Shown here: one piece after another, positions 46,666 to 56,500 of the stretch | Position numbering within the stretch: the stretch's first letter is position 1 | Layout: each line of letters begins with the position of its first letter | NCBI GenBank assembly: GCA_963775425.1 | Contig: CAVZJB010000012.1 | Span: 192,001-256,000 of the forward strand | Source: an uncultured delta proteobacterium | GTDB lineage: Bacteria; Myxococcota; UBA727; VGSZ01 | Direction of reading: 5' to 3' | DNA length: 64,000 nt | Translations under genes and position numbers: made by a program | Notes under the pieces: generated by a model | What the model was told of the DNA's origin: nothing | Seen by the model: only the letters and a program-made list of their open reading frames with translations | Database searches by the model: none

Positions 46666-49314
46666 TCACGGCAGATCGACGTCGAGCGTGAGCCCGAACT
46701 TCGATGCCGCGCGGACGCGCCCGGGCTCGACGAGCAAGCAGGTCTGAAGGCCCGTGCATGACAGGAGCGCGGCCTCGTCCGTGACCCTCACGGGCTGGTG
46801 CGCCGGATCGAGGCTCACGTCCGGCGCGGTGACGCCGGGCGTGTGCAGATCGACGATGACCTCGCCGGGGCCGCCGGCGTCCACCTCGACGAGCGTCGCT
46901 CCGCTGACGCCGGCAAGCACCCGGCGGCGCACTCGGACGTCACCGACCTCGAGGCTCGTGTCCGAGCGCGGGCTCGCGGAGGTGGCGACGATGCGCGCCA
47001 CGAAGCTCTGCCCCATGTCGTCGCCGCCGCCGGGGGCGTCGCCGTTGTCGAGCGTCGTCAGGAGCCGCGGGTCGGACAGCACCATGATGGCGTCCTCGCG
47101 CACGAACAGCGGCAGGCGCTCGAGGGGCGCGTCGACCGTCTGCAGGCCGGGTCCTTGCACGACGCTGTCGTCCCACCACGACCACCACGTGCCTGCGGGG
47201 ACGAAGAGCGTTCGGGTGCGCGCGCCGTCGGCAACGACCGGCGCGGCCAACAGCGTGCCCACCGGGGAAGGGTCGCCGTCGACCGAGTCGGCGACGGCGT
47301 CCCGCGCCGACTTCACCCCGAGCACGAAGGTGTCGGCGTCGGCCCAGGCCGCGTCGCTGCCGTCGATGGCGCCGACCGGCACCGCCACCGGCGTGCCGTC
47401 CTCGGACTCCTGCGCGAGCCAGCGCGCGAACATGGGCATGAGGTCCATGTGCAGCCGCGCCGCCTGCGTGAACGCGTCGACGACGTCGACGAGCTCCGGG
47501 TCCCACGCCGCCTGGTTGCCGCCGCCGCCGACCTGCATCACCGTGGACACCGCGCCGAATTGCGCCCAGCGCACGAACGCCTCGGGCGTGGGCATCCCCT
47601 GGCGGTAGCCGCCGACGTCGCTGCCGTACAGCGGGTACGCGCTCATCGCCAGCGACAGATACCCGCCCACCGCCGCGGGCAGCCCGCCCACGGCCTTCGA
47701 CGTGTCGTCCGGCGACGACGTGTAGGGCGCGCCGTGCACTTCGAAGCCGCTGTCGAGGTCGCCGGGCCAGATGGCGGTGCCGTTCTTCTGGTCGTAGATG
47801 CCGCCGGTGCGCGTGATGACGAAGTGGTCGTTGCCGGGCCACTGCGCCTCGAGCTCGGCGAGGTAGCACTCGTGGTACAGGCGCGAGAAGCGCGTCTGCT
47901 CCGTGGCGGTGGTGGTGCCGTCGAAGAAGCGCGGCACGTCGTTCGGAAAGAGCCCGAGCAGGTCGGGGCGCATGGTCTCGCCGTAGTCGAGCTTGAAGCC
48001 GCGCACGCCGCCGGCGATGAGCGGGCGCATCAAGGCGCGATAGGCGGCGCAGGCGTCGTCGTTGGTGAAGTCGACGAAGCCGCCGGTGCCTCGGCCCCAG
48101 GGGAAGGTGAAGGCGCCGCCGCCGGCGTCGGCGACGAGGAGCCCGTCTTGCGCGAACTGATCGAAGATCGGCTTGGACGCGAACGCCGGCATGCCGAAGG
48201 CCTCGCCGCTGTCGTCGGACGTGTTCAGGTTGTCGGTGGCCCACGTGATGACGTGGAAGCCCTGCGCCTCGAGCTGCGCGATTGCGTCATGGATGCCGGG
48301 GAGCTGCGCTTCGTTGAAGGCGAACGTGTTGTAGCCGGTCTCCCAGGGCGCATCGATCCAGATGGTGGACGTGGGGATGCCGCGCGTGCGCATCTCGGCG
48401 GCGTCGGCGAGGAGCTTGTCGGTGCCGGAGCGGACGACGTTGCCGTCGACGTCGACATCGGCGTCGACGTCGTTGCGCCACTGCATGGGCGCGAGCACCC
48501 ATGACGGCGGCGCGGGCGGCAGGCCCATGCGCCGCGCGAGCGCCGCGACGGCGTCGACGATGGGGCGCGGCGCGCCGGTGGAAGCGTGCTCTCCTCCATA
48601 CGAAGGGCGCAGCGCCAGGTGGAGCGCGTTGCCGTGGAAGCGGACGATGGTGGCCTTTTCGTCCGAGACGCCGACGTCGAACGCGCCGACGCGCTCCTCG
48701 TCGACCAGCACGGCGTAGCCGGCGCTGCTCGCGAAGAACGGCACCGGCGCGTGGGCCTCGTTGGTGCCCGAGTCGAATTCGCCGGGCGCGTCGAAGTACG
48801 CGGGCGTGACGCGCCCGCGCAGGTCGGGCCCGTCGAAGCGCTCGCCGCCGCCGACGAGGTGCTCGCCCTCCTGCAGCCGGAGGCAGGTGCCGGCGAAGGC
48901 GACGTCGACCTCGTCCTCGTCGAAGGCGACGTCGAGGTTCACCCAGCCGTCCTCGGCCTGGCGCAGCGTCAGGCGCGCGGTGCTGACCTTCTTGCCGTCG
49001 TCGTCGAGCATGTCGACCACGAGCGCCCCGGGGCCGCGCGCCTGCGCGACGGTGGCGTCGCCCGAGTGGAGCCACACCTCGTCGCCCGTGGGCGCCTCCG
49101 GCTTGTGCCACGCGCCGCTGTCGCTGTCGGCGCGCAACGCGAGCGTGAGCGGCGCGCAGCCGGGGCCGCCGGTGGTCGTGGCGCCGCCGCCGACGGTGAA
49201 GCCGAACGGCGCGAGCGTCGCCCGCACGCCGCCGACCGTGACGGCTTCGCGCGCGGGCGGCGGCGAGCACGCCGCGACGGCGGCGGCGACGACGACGACG
49301 GGGATGCGAGCCAT
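46666..49314 (-). CDS. GH31 glycoside hydrolase, lipoprotein
   Basis: Lipobox VAAC; IWIDAPWE, GFKLDYGE (nucleophile), WPGD (acid/base), GSDVGGY, FVRWAQFG, APLERLPLFVRE. Confidence 0.92.
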   Translation of the reverse strand: MARIPVVVVAAAVAACSPPPAREAVTVGGVRATLAPFGFTVGGGATTTGGPGCAPLTLALRADSDSGAWHKPEAPTGDEVWLHSGDATVAQARGPGALVVDMLDDDGKKVSTARLTLRQAEDGWVNLDVAFDEDEVDVAFAGTCLRLQEGEHLVGGGERFDGPDLRGRVTPAYFDAPGEFDSGTNEAHAPVPFFASSAGYAVLVDEERVGAFDVGVSDEKATIVRFHGNALHLALRPSYGGEHASTGAPRPIVDAVAALARRMGLPPAPPSWVLAPMQWRNDVDADVDVDGNVVRSGTDKLLADAAEMRTRGIPTSTIWIDAPWETGYNTFAFNEAQLPGIHDAIAQLEAQGFHVITWATDNLNTSDDSGEAFGMPAFASKPIFDQFAQDGLLVADAGGGAFTFPWGRGTGGFVDFTNDDACAAYRALMRPLIAGGVRGFKLDYGETMRPDLLGLFPNDVPRFFDGTTTATEQTRFSRLYHECYLAELEAQWPGNDHFVITRTGGIYDQKNGTAIWPGDLDSGFEVHGAPYTSSPDDTSKAVGGLPAAVGGYLSLAMSAYPLYGSDVGGYRQGMPTPEAFVRWAQFGAVSTVMQVGGGGNQAAWDPELVDVVDAFTQAARLHMDLMPMFARWLAQESEDGTPVAVPVGAIDGSDAAWADADTFVLGVKSARDAVADSVDGDPSPVGTLLAAPVVADGARTRTLFVPAGTWWSWWDDSVVQGPGLQTVDAPLERLPLFVREDAIMVLSDPRLLTTLDNGDAPGGGDDMGQSFVARIVATSASPRSDTSLEVGDVRVRRRVLAGVSGATLVEVDAGGPGEVIVDLHTPGVTAPDVSLDPAHQPVRVTDEAALLSCTGLQTCLLVEPGRVRAASKFGLTLDVDLP

Positions 49315-49385
49315 CGCCGCACCCTGGCACGCCGGCGCGCGCTGAAAAGGGGGCGCCGGCGAAGGGGGCGCCGGCGAAGGGGCGC

Positions 49386-50051
49386 TTATTGGAGCTGGAC
49401 CTGGATGGCCTTCAGGAGGACGGCCGCGCGCTTCACGGCGGGGTCTTTGCCCTGGGGATCGTCGGTGATGGCGCGGGTGAGGTCCTCGACCGCCTCGTGG
49501 AGCTTCCCCGCCATCGCGCGGATCTCGCCGCGGTGCGCGCGCGCGGTGGTCTGGTACGGGTTGACGTCGAGCGCGCGCGAGTAGAGCCGCTCGGCCTCGT
49601 CGTTCTCGTTGTTCTGCTGGTGCGCCGACGCGAGGCAGGTGAGGAAGTAGGCGTCGTACGGATCGAGCGCGACGAGGCCGAAGAAGACCTCCTTGCCCTC
49701 TTTCAGCTTCCCCTCGGTGAGGAAGCGGTAGCCGACCTCGGCCATCCGGTACTGCTCCTTCTTGGTGATGCCCTCGAGCTCGCCAAGCGTGCGGTGGCCC
49801 TTCAGGAACGCGTCGAGCTCGCTCGGGGCGTACGCGACGATCTTCTTACCCTCGGCCGCGGCCTTCTTGATCTCGTCCTCGGTGAGCTTCCTGCCCTTGC
49901 CCTTGTCCTTGTCGAGGGCCTTGACGTTCGGCTTCACCACCGCGCGGCGGGCGCCCTGCGTCGCCACCTGCACCTTCGACGACGGCGGCGGCGCCTTAGG
50001 CCCGGGCTTGCCCGGCTCCGGCTTCTTGTCGAGGCCCTTCTTGATCGGCAT
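49386..50051 (-). CDS. TPR protein, SycD/LcrH (T3SS class II chaperone)-like
   Basis: FLKGHRTLGELEGIT..MAEVGYRFLTEGKLKEG..FFGLVALDPYDAYF..LASAHQQ..A...Y..A, then RAHRGE; Lys/Pro-rich N-terminus. Confidence 0.75.
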   Translation of the reverse strand: MPIKKGLDKKPEPGKPGPKAPPPSSKVQVATQGARRAVVKPNVKALDKDKGKGRKLTEDEIKKAAAEGKKIVAYAPSELDAFLKGHRTLGELEGITKKEQYRMAEVGYRFLTEGKLKEGKEVFFGLVALDPYDAYFLTCLASAHQQNNENDEAERLYSRALDVNPYQTTARAHRGEIRAMAGKLHEAVEDLTRAITDDPQGKDPAVKRAAVLLKAIQVQLQ

Positions 50052-50073
50052 GCCTCATCCTACGCGCGCCGGT

Positions 50074-51279
50074 TCAGACGAACAGCGCGCGGTTCAGGCC
50101 GAGGGTCTGTCCGAGCAGGCTCGTCATCTCGAGCTGGCGGAACATCTGGCCGAACATGTGCCCGGCCGCCTGCAGGCCCTGGAAGGGGTTGGCGAAGACG
50201 TTGGCGAGCCCGCCCACCGCGTTTTGCCCGTAGGTCTGCTCGAGGATGCGGCGCTGCTCCTGCTGCAGGCGAGCGGCGTTGTCGGACTGGGAGAGCTGGT
50301 TGACGACGAAGTCGCGGATGCCCGGCGGCAGATCGCGGCCCGCGGTCTCTGCGAGCTCGCCGCGGATGAGGTTGCCCCACGCGCCGCGCTGCGAGATCGG
50401 GTCGGGGCGCAAAGAGGCGTCGATCTTGAACGCGCGGTTCCTGTCGAGCACCTGGTCGTAGCCGTTGTGCCCGTCGGCGTTCTGGATGGTGCCGCTGATG
50501 ACGCCCTGGAATTGGCCGCCACGCTCGCGCGCCCACTGCACGCGATCGTTGCCGTCGGCCTCGCGGCCGGTGCCGCCAAGGACGAAGGTGTCGCGGTTGG
50601 GGTTCACCGAGGCGACCTGCGCGCGGTACGAGAAGCCGTCGCTCTGCAGCGCGCCCACCTCGGGCTTGCCCGAATTCACGCCGCTCACCTGGATGTGGTC
50701 GCTGCCGTTGGTGATGTTGAGCGTGGACGAGAGCGTGCGGCCCTGCTCCGCGGTGGTGCCGACGTCGATGGTGGTGCCGTCGGGGAGGCGGAAGGTGGAG
50801 GACTTGGAGAAGTCCCAGCGCTGGCCGTCGGCCTCGTCGACGTGGGGGTCGCCCCAGACGCGGGACAGGGCCTTGTCCTGCGGGCCCTGTTGCGGCCCGT
50901 AGATCTTCCACGCGGCGTCCTTGCCCTCGGGGACGATGGTGTAGCCGCCGGCGGTGCGGATGGCGTTCTTGGGCCAGCCCTCGGGGCTCGTCGTCAGGCC
51001 GCGCCCGGCGGGAGCGGCCGAGAGGTCCTGGCTCGGCGGCTGGAGGCAACCGCACGACGGCGCCTGCGGCGCGCTGCGGGCGTCGAAGGCGCCCTTGAAG
51101 GCGGCGAAGAGCGCGGCGCCGGCGAGCATGGCGCCGCAGATCTCGTCCATCTGCGGCGTGGCCTTGTTGACCTGCGCCTTGATGGCCGAGAGGTCCTGCT
51201 TGTTGCACTGCTGCGCAGCGTTTTGGACCTTGTCCTGAAGCGGGCGAACATCAACGGGCTTCGGCTGCACTCCGCACAT
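50074..51279 (-). CDS. DUF1521/MIIA (metal-ion-inducible autocleavage) domain protein, putative T3SS substrate
   Basis: GGYTI..., RVWGDPHVDEADGQRWDF..STFRLPDGTTIDVGT..LNITNG; no Sec signal; GAGGT RBS before ATG 51279. Confidence 0.8.
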   Translation of the reverse strand: MCGVQPKPVDVRPLQDKVQNAAQQCNKQDLSAIKAQVNKATPQMDEICGAMLAGAALFAAFKGAFDARSAPQAPSCGCLQPPSQDLSAAPAGRGLTTSPEGWPKNAIRTAGGYTIVPEGKDAAWKIYGPQQGPQDKALSRVWGDPHVDEADGQRWDFSKSSTFRLPDGTTIDVGTTAEQGRTLSSTLNITNGSDHIQVSGVNSGKPEVGALQSDGFSYRAQVASVNPNRDTFVLGGTGREADGNDRVQWARERGGQFQGVISGTIQNADGHNGYDQVLDRNRAFKIDASLRPDPISQRGAWGNLIRGELAETAGRDLPPGIRDFVVNQLSQSDNAARLQQEQRRILEQTYGQNAVGGLANVFANPFQGLQAAGHMFGQMFRQLEMTSLLGQTLGLNRALFV

Positions 51280-51389
51280 CACGCGACCTCGTGGCAAAGG
51301 AATGTCTCTGTCCGACAAGGGGGATTGTCGCATGTCTCATCGGATGAGTTGCGGAGGACGAAAGGCGGATCCGCAGGTAGGACAGGTAC

Positions 51390-52493
51390 TTACCTGAGCG
51401 CACCCTCGACGATGGCCCACACCGCGCCGGCGTCGGTGGTGGCGTCGTCGGGCTTGCCGGGGAAGCGGCCGCAGAACGACGACTTCAAGATCTCGCCGAG
51501 CATCTTTTGCTGCTCGCCCTCGAACAGCGGGTGCTTCAGGTACACGCAGGCCTCGTCGGTGGCCCGCACCGACAGCCCCTGCGAAAGCTCGGGCGACTTG
51601 CGCACGCGATCGGCCACGGAGACCACCGCCTCGATGAGCCCCTTGGGCAGCTCGGGGTGGCGGCCCGCCAGCAGCTTCACCTCCTCCTCCGCGGGCGGAT
51701 AGCTCATCTGAATGGGCGCGAAGCGATCGAGCTGCGCGGCGTCGATGCCGAAGGTGGCGGAGAACTCGCTGCCACGGTTGGTGGCGGCGACGAACTGCAC
51801 GTTGTCGGGGATGGCGATGAAGTGGTTGGTGATGGGGTTGAAGATCTTGCGCGTGGAGTCGAGCGCGGGCATCAGCGCGTTGCGCGCGCTCTCCTGACAC
51901 CGGTTGAGCTCGTCGAGGAAGATCAGGAAGCGCACGCCGGGCTCGGACTCCGCCTCCTCCAGCGCCGCCAGGAAGTCCGTCCTGGTGAAGTCGGTCACGG
52001 GTTGGCCGGAGGCGGAGGCGCGCACCTGCACGGTGGCGAGGAAGTCGGTGGCCTCGACGACGGCGCCGCAGTTGAAGAACACGAAGCGCATGCCGAGCGC
52101 TGCGGCGATGGCCCGCGCCACCACCGTCTTGCCGCAGCCCTGCGGTCCGTCGAGCAGGATGTTGAGGCCGCTCTCGAGGAGCACCTGGATCTTCTTGGAC
52201 ACGACGGGATCGAGCCACACGCCCTCGAGCCGGAACGGCACCGCCTCCACCAGGTCCACTTCGATGGCGCCTCGCCCGTCCTGCTCCGTCTTGGTGATCG
52301 AGGTGATCCTCACGCGCCACGGGACGCCGGGCTGCGCGCGGGGGTCGTTGCAGAGCACCACCTTGGGTGCCCGCCGCCCGTCGAGGTGCGTGGCGCGCAG
52401 GCGATACCCCGAGCTCTCGACGGGGTTCGCGTACAACGTCGCCTCGTAGACCCCGCCCACGCGCAGCTCTTCGATCTTCCATTTGCCGGCCAT
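51390..52493 (-). CDS. MoxR-clade (CbbQ/NorQ/CobS-like) AAA+ ATPase
   Basis: NILLDGPQGCGKT (Walker A), LIFLDELNR (Walker B), NALMPALD, FVAATN, DAAQLDRF, LSVR; extra N-terminal beta-rich domain. Confidence 0.92.
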   Translation of the reverse strand: MAGKWKIEELRVGGVYEATLYANPVESSGYRLRATHLDGRRAPKVVLCNDPRAQPGVPWRVRITSITKTEQDGRGAIEVDLVEAVPFRLEGVWLDPVVSKKIQVLLESGLNILLDGPQGCGKTVVARAIAAALGMRFVFFNCGAVVEATDFLATVQVRASASGQPVTDFTRTDFLAALEEAESEPGVRFLIFLDELNRCQESARNALMPALDSTRKIFNPITNHFIAIPDNVQFVAATNRGSEFSATFGIDAAQLDRFAPIQMSYPPAEEEVKLLAGRHPELPKGLIEAVVSVADRVRKSPELSQGLSVRATDEACVYLKHPLFEGEQQKMLGEILKSSFCGRFPGKPDDATTDAGAVWAIVEGALR

Positions 52494-52563
52494 AGTGGGG
52501 CGCTTGTACCGCGAAAGGGGCGCTTTGGCCGCGGCCTGGTACGCTGCCGCCCGGAGGTCTTCG

Positions 52564-53571
52564 ATGCGTGCTCTCGTTCTCGGTGTCACGGCCTGCTCGA
52601 TCGTCGCGTTCCTCGGCGCGTGCCCAAGCGCGGAAGGGGAAGGCGAAGGTGAAGGTGAAGGCGAAGGCGAGGGCGAAGGTGAGATCACGGCGGCGCAGGC
52701 GGCCGACGCCTTCGCCGGGCTCGTCACGCGATGCCTCGGCGAGGGGTTTCAAGGGCAGGCCGAGCCCACCCTCATCGCCGCGCTCACCACCCAGGAGGCC
52801 GCGGCGCTGCGCGACGCGTTCCTCGCGCAGCTCGAGAGTCCGAACGTCGTCTTCGACGGCGCCCAGGCGGCCACGTGCAAGACCGCCCTCGACTCCCTGT
52901 CTTGCGACGACCTCTTCAACGGCGGGGACGAGCCGCCGGACTGCGTCGCCGTCACGCAGGGCACCCTCGCCGAGGGAACGGCGTGCGCGTTCGACGGCGA
53001 GTGTCAGCCCGGGCTCGCTTGCTCCGGCTTCACCTCCACGACGTGCGGCACCTGCGTGGCGCAGGCGGGCGAGGGTGAAGACTGCAGCAACGCCGCGTGC
53101 GCCGGGGGCCTCCAGTGCGGTGCGGACAGCTTGTGCGAGGCGCCGCCGCCGTTCGTCGACACCGGCGACGCGTGCGACGAGCAGACCGGGACCTTCTGCG
53201 GGCGGCAGGGCGATCAGTGCATCAACAGCGTCTGCGTGACGCCCAACGTCGTGCAGGTCGGTGACGCCTGCGACCAGGTCACGAACCACTGCATCGACAG
53301 CGCCAGCAAGAACATCTGTCTGCCGGACCCGCAGCCCGCCACCACGGCGACGTGCACGGCGAGAACGGGGCTCGACGGCGACTGCTCCGCGCTCCCGCTG
53401 TGCGACGACACGGTCGCCACGTGCGAAAACGGCACCTGCGTCGCCGCCGGCGCCGAGGGCGACGCGTGCAACTCGGGCACGACGCAGCCGTGTCTGGTGG
53501 GGCTCACCTGCCAGGCGGGGACGTGCGCGCCGCAGATCGGCGCCTTCGAGGGCCTCCCCGTCTGCGAGTGA
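52564..53571 (+). CDS. Cys-rich lipoprotein with (EG)8 linker
   Basis: Lipobox FLGAC, EG repeat at 52633-52680, FDGAQAATC..ALDSLSC, GTLAEGTAC..DGEC and further Cys-rich repeats. Confidence 0.8.
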   Translation: MRALVLGVTACSIVAFLGACPSAEGEGEGEGEGEGEGEGEITAAQAADAFAGLVTRCLGEGFQGQAEPTLIAALTTQEAAALRDAFLAQLESPNVVFDGAQAATCKTALDSLSCDDLFNGGDEPPDCVAVTQGTLAEGTACAFDGECQPGLACSGFTSTTCGTCVAQAGEGEDCSNAACAGGLQCGADSLCEAPPPFVDTGDACDEQTGTFCGRQGDQCINSVCVTPNVVQVGDACDQVTNHCIDSASKNICLPDPQPATTATCTARTGLDGDCSALPLCDDTVATCENGTCVAAGAEGDACNSGTTQPCLVGLTCQAGTCAPQIGAFEGLPVCE

Positions 53572-53575
53572 CCCC

Positions 53576-56500
53576 TCAGCGGCCGCCCGTGGTCTTGCGC
53601 ACGAGCTTGGAGACCACGCGGGCGAAGCGGCGGCCGGCGTCGTCGACGTCCTCGCCGAGGATCTCGACGTAGTGCTTGAAGCAGCGCTCCTTCAACGGCC
53701 GCACCGCAACCTGCGCCGTCAGCGTGCCGCCGCGCTCGAGGCGGTTCGCCAGGGCGCGCAGCGCGGCCGCCGAGCACTCGGTGGGCAGGCCGTCGCTCAC
53801 CATGACGAGGAGCTTGTGCGGGCGGCGTGACCGCCGGGCGGCCACCGCGGCGTGCCAGAGCCCGGCGGCGTCGTTGTTGCCGCCCGAGGCTTGCAGCGCA
53901 TGGGCGGCGCAGCGCTCGGCGTCGCCGGCGTCGTAGATGACGCTGCTCGTGAAGCCGAAGATGCGCACGTCGACGCCGCGGTTCCCGCGCGCCGCCTCCG
54001 CCAGCGACGTCGCGAAGACGCGCGCCTTGTCCATGCTCCTGTCGCTGGCCATGGAGCCCGAGCAATCGACGACGAGCCCGACGAACAGGTCGGCGGCCGG
54101 CACCGGCGTCCTCCGGACGAGGAGGCGCGGATCCATCCTGGCGATCGCGCTCGCGAGCCCCTGGCGGTCGAGGCTGCGGCCGCTCAAGCGGCGCCGCTCC
54201 ACGACGACGCGCGTGCCGAGCTCGTCGAGCGCGCTGCGGAGGGCGCGCGTGGCGCGCCGGCCCTGCGCGGCGAGCGCCCTGTGCTCCTCGGGCCGGTGCG
54301 CGAGCGGGACGATCTGATCGATGACGTCGAAGCGCTCGTCGGGGCCGTCGTTCCACTTGGGGTGCTCGATGCGCGGGGGGGCCCGGCTCTTGTCGCGATC
54401 GAGCTCGCGCTGGAGCTCGTCGGGGGAGAAGCCCTCCTCCCGCATCTCTTCTTCGCCGGTCTCCATGGTCTCGTGGATACCGAAGGTCTCGAGGATGCCC
54501 GTCTCGTCGCCGAAGATGCGGTGGAGCTCGCGGGCGATGTCCAGGAGCGCGTCCATCTTCGACGCGCGAAAGGCGCGCCCGGAGAAGAGCGCGAGCCCCT
54601 CACGCACCTTGGCGTCGGCGTCGCGCCCGCCGAGCCCTTGTCGCAGCGCACGCATGAAGCGGGCGAAGCTCGTATGCGCGGAGATCTCGGCGAGCAGCCG
54701 CCCGAGCTCGACGTGCACACACCCCCAGCGCCGCCCGGGGAAGAGCCGCACGCGGGTGAGCACCCGCGCGGCGTGGGGCCCGAGCGTGCGCAGGAGGTCC
54801 TCGAGGAAGACGTCGCGCGCGACGTGTTGGAAGGCGTAGCTGGCGAGCACCTTGAGGGAGTCGCCGTACACGTCGCTCTGCGCGCGGAGGTTCCGCTCGA
54901 GGTGCTCGTCGGCGACGAGGTTCAACAGGCCCGCGATCTTCTCCTTTTGCGCCTGCTCCCAGCACTCCCTGCCCAGCGCGTCGGCGTGGTAGAGGTGATG
55001 GCCGACCTCGTGCACCATCAGCCCGCGTACGACGTCGTCACCGCCGCGCTCGCCGCGCAACAGTGGCATGGGGTTGATGAAGATGCGGGGCTGGTGAAGG
55101 CGCGTGTAGCCGAGCGCGTCGTGGATGAATTCCACGCCCACGGGCTTGCCGAGGAGCGTGCGCGCCTGGCGCACGCCCCATCGCACCGCTTCGCGCAGCT
55201 CGTCCATTCGCGGATCGTCGAACCAGCGCGCGCGCCGAAGGACGGCGAACAGGGCGGCGGCCTCCTCGGCGTCCACGCCGCCCTTGAGCACGTGGAGCGC
55301 CACCGCCGCCGCGACGTCGTCGTCGAGGAGCCGCTTGTCCATGAGCGACTCGAGCGCGGCGTCGAGCGCGGCGTCGCCGGCGACGCCGGCGGCCTCGACG
55401 ACCTCGCGCCACAGCTCGGCGGGCACGGCGTCGCGCAGCTTCTTTTCGTGGCGCGGCTCGGGCGGCGAGAGCGCGCACGAGACGACGACCGGGAGCACGA
55501 GGTCACCGTCGTCGAGGAGCGCCGCGGCCACCTCGGCGCGCAGGGCGGGCTCGCGGTCGTCGCCGGCTTCGAGGAACGCGCGGAGGGCGCGCCGCGCCGC
55601 GACGTGCTCGTGCTCGTGCTCGTGCGCGCCGTCGCGTCGCCGGCCGTCGTGCAGCGACGACAGCAGCGACCACACGGCCTTGGTGTACGCGGCGGGGTGC
55701 GGGGAGCGGACGAGCTCGAGCGCGAACGTGCGCGGCGGGACGTGCGCGGAGAGCGCGGCGACGTCGTCGGCGTCGAGCCAGGTGCCGCGGGCGTCGCGGG
55801 GGGCGCAGGCGGCGGCGAGGGCGACCTTGTGCTCGCCGAGCCGCAGCGCGACGCGGAAGCGGACCTCGGGGCGGACCTCGTCGCGCAGGAGGCGGCGGGA
55901 GTCCTCGTCGTCGAAGATGGCGCGCTCGATGACGGCGCGGGCGCACAGCGGGAGATCCGCGCTCGCGAGCGCGTCGACGACGACGCGGCGGCCGGCGGGG
56001 CCCGCGGCGCCGAGCTCGTCGACGGCGGCGCGAGCGACGTGGGCGTCGTGCAATCGCAGCCGGGCGGCGGCGACGTCGACGGGGGCGCGCGGCGGCGGCG
56101 GCGGCGCGGGCGGGAACGCGACGGCGGCGCCGAGGCGCGCGCGCACGTCGGGCTCGAGCGGCGGCGGCCTGACCGCGAGCAGGCGATCGCGGACGGCCTC
56201 GACGAAGCCCTCGGCCTTGCCGCTCGCGTGCGCGAGCGCGACGAGATCGGCGGCGAGGCGCCGGAGCGCGCGGGCGCCGTTGAAGAGCGAGGAGCCCGCG
56301 ACGGGCGGGCGGGGCTCGGCCTCGCGCAGGAGGACGGCGGCGACGACCTCGGCGAGCTTGTCGTCGAGCTTGTCGAGGAGCGCCCGCCGCTGATAGGTCC
56401 ACGCGCGCACCACCTCGACGAGCGCGCGCATGAGCTTCCATGACAAAAGCGGCGCCGGCAACGCGAGCGCGAGGTCGACGACGCCGCGCAGGCCGCCCGG

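Noticed and set aside
49347-49385. 15-nt tandem repeat AAGGGGGCGCCGGCG (~2.5 copies)
   Set aside because: Short intergenic slippage duplication with no supportable function.
51300-51350. FliA/sigma28-like promoter (minus-strand TCCGATGA) and small inverted repeats upstream of the MIIA gene
   Set aside because: No matching -35 element; evidence too weak to call.
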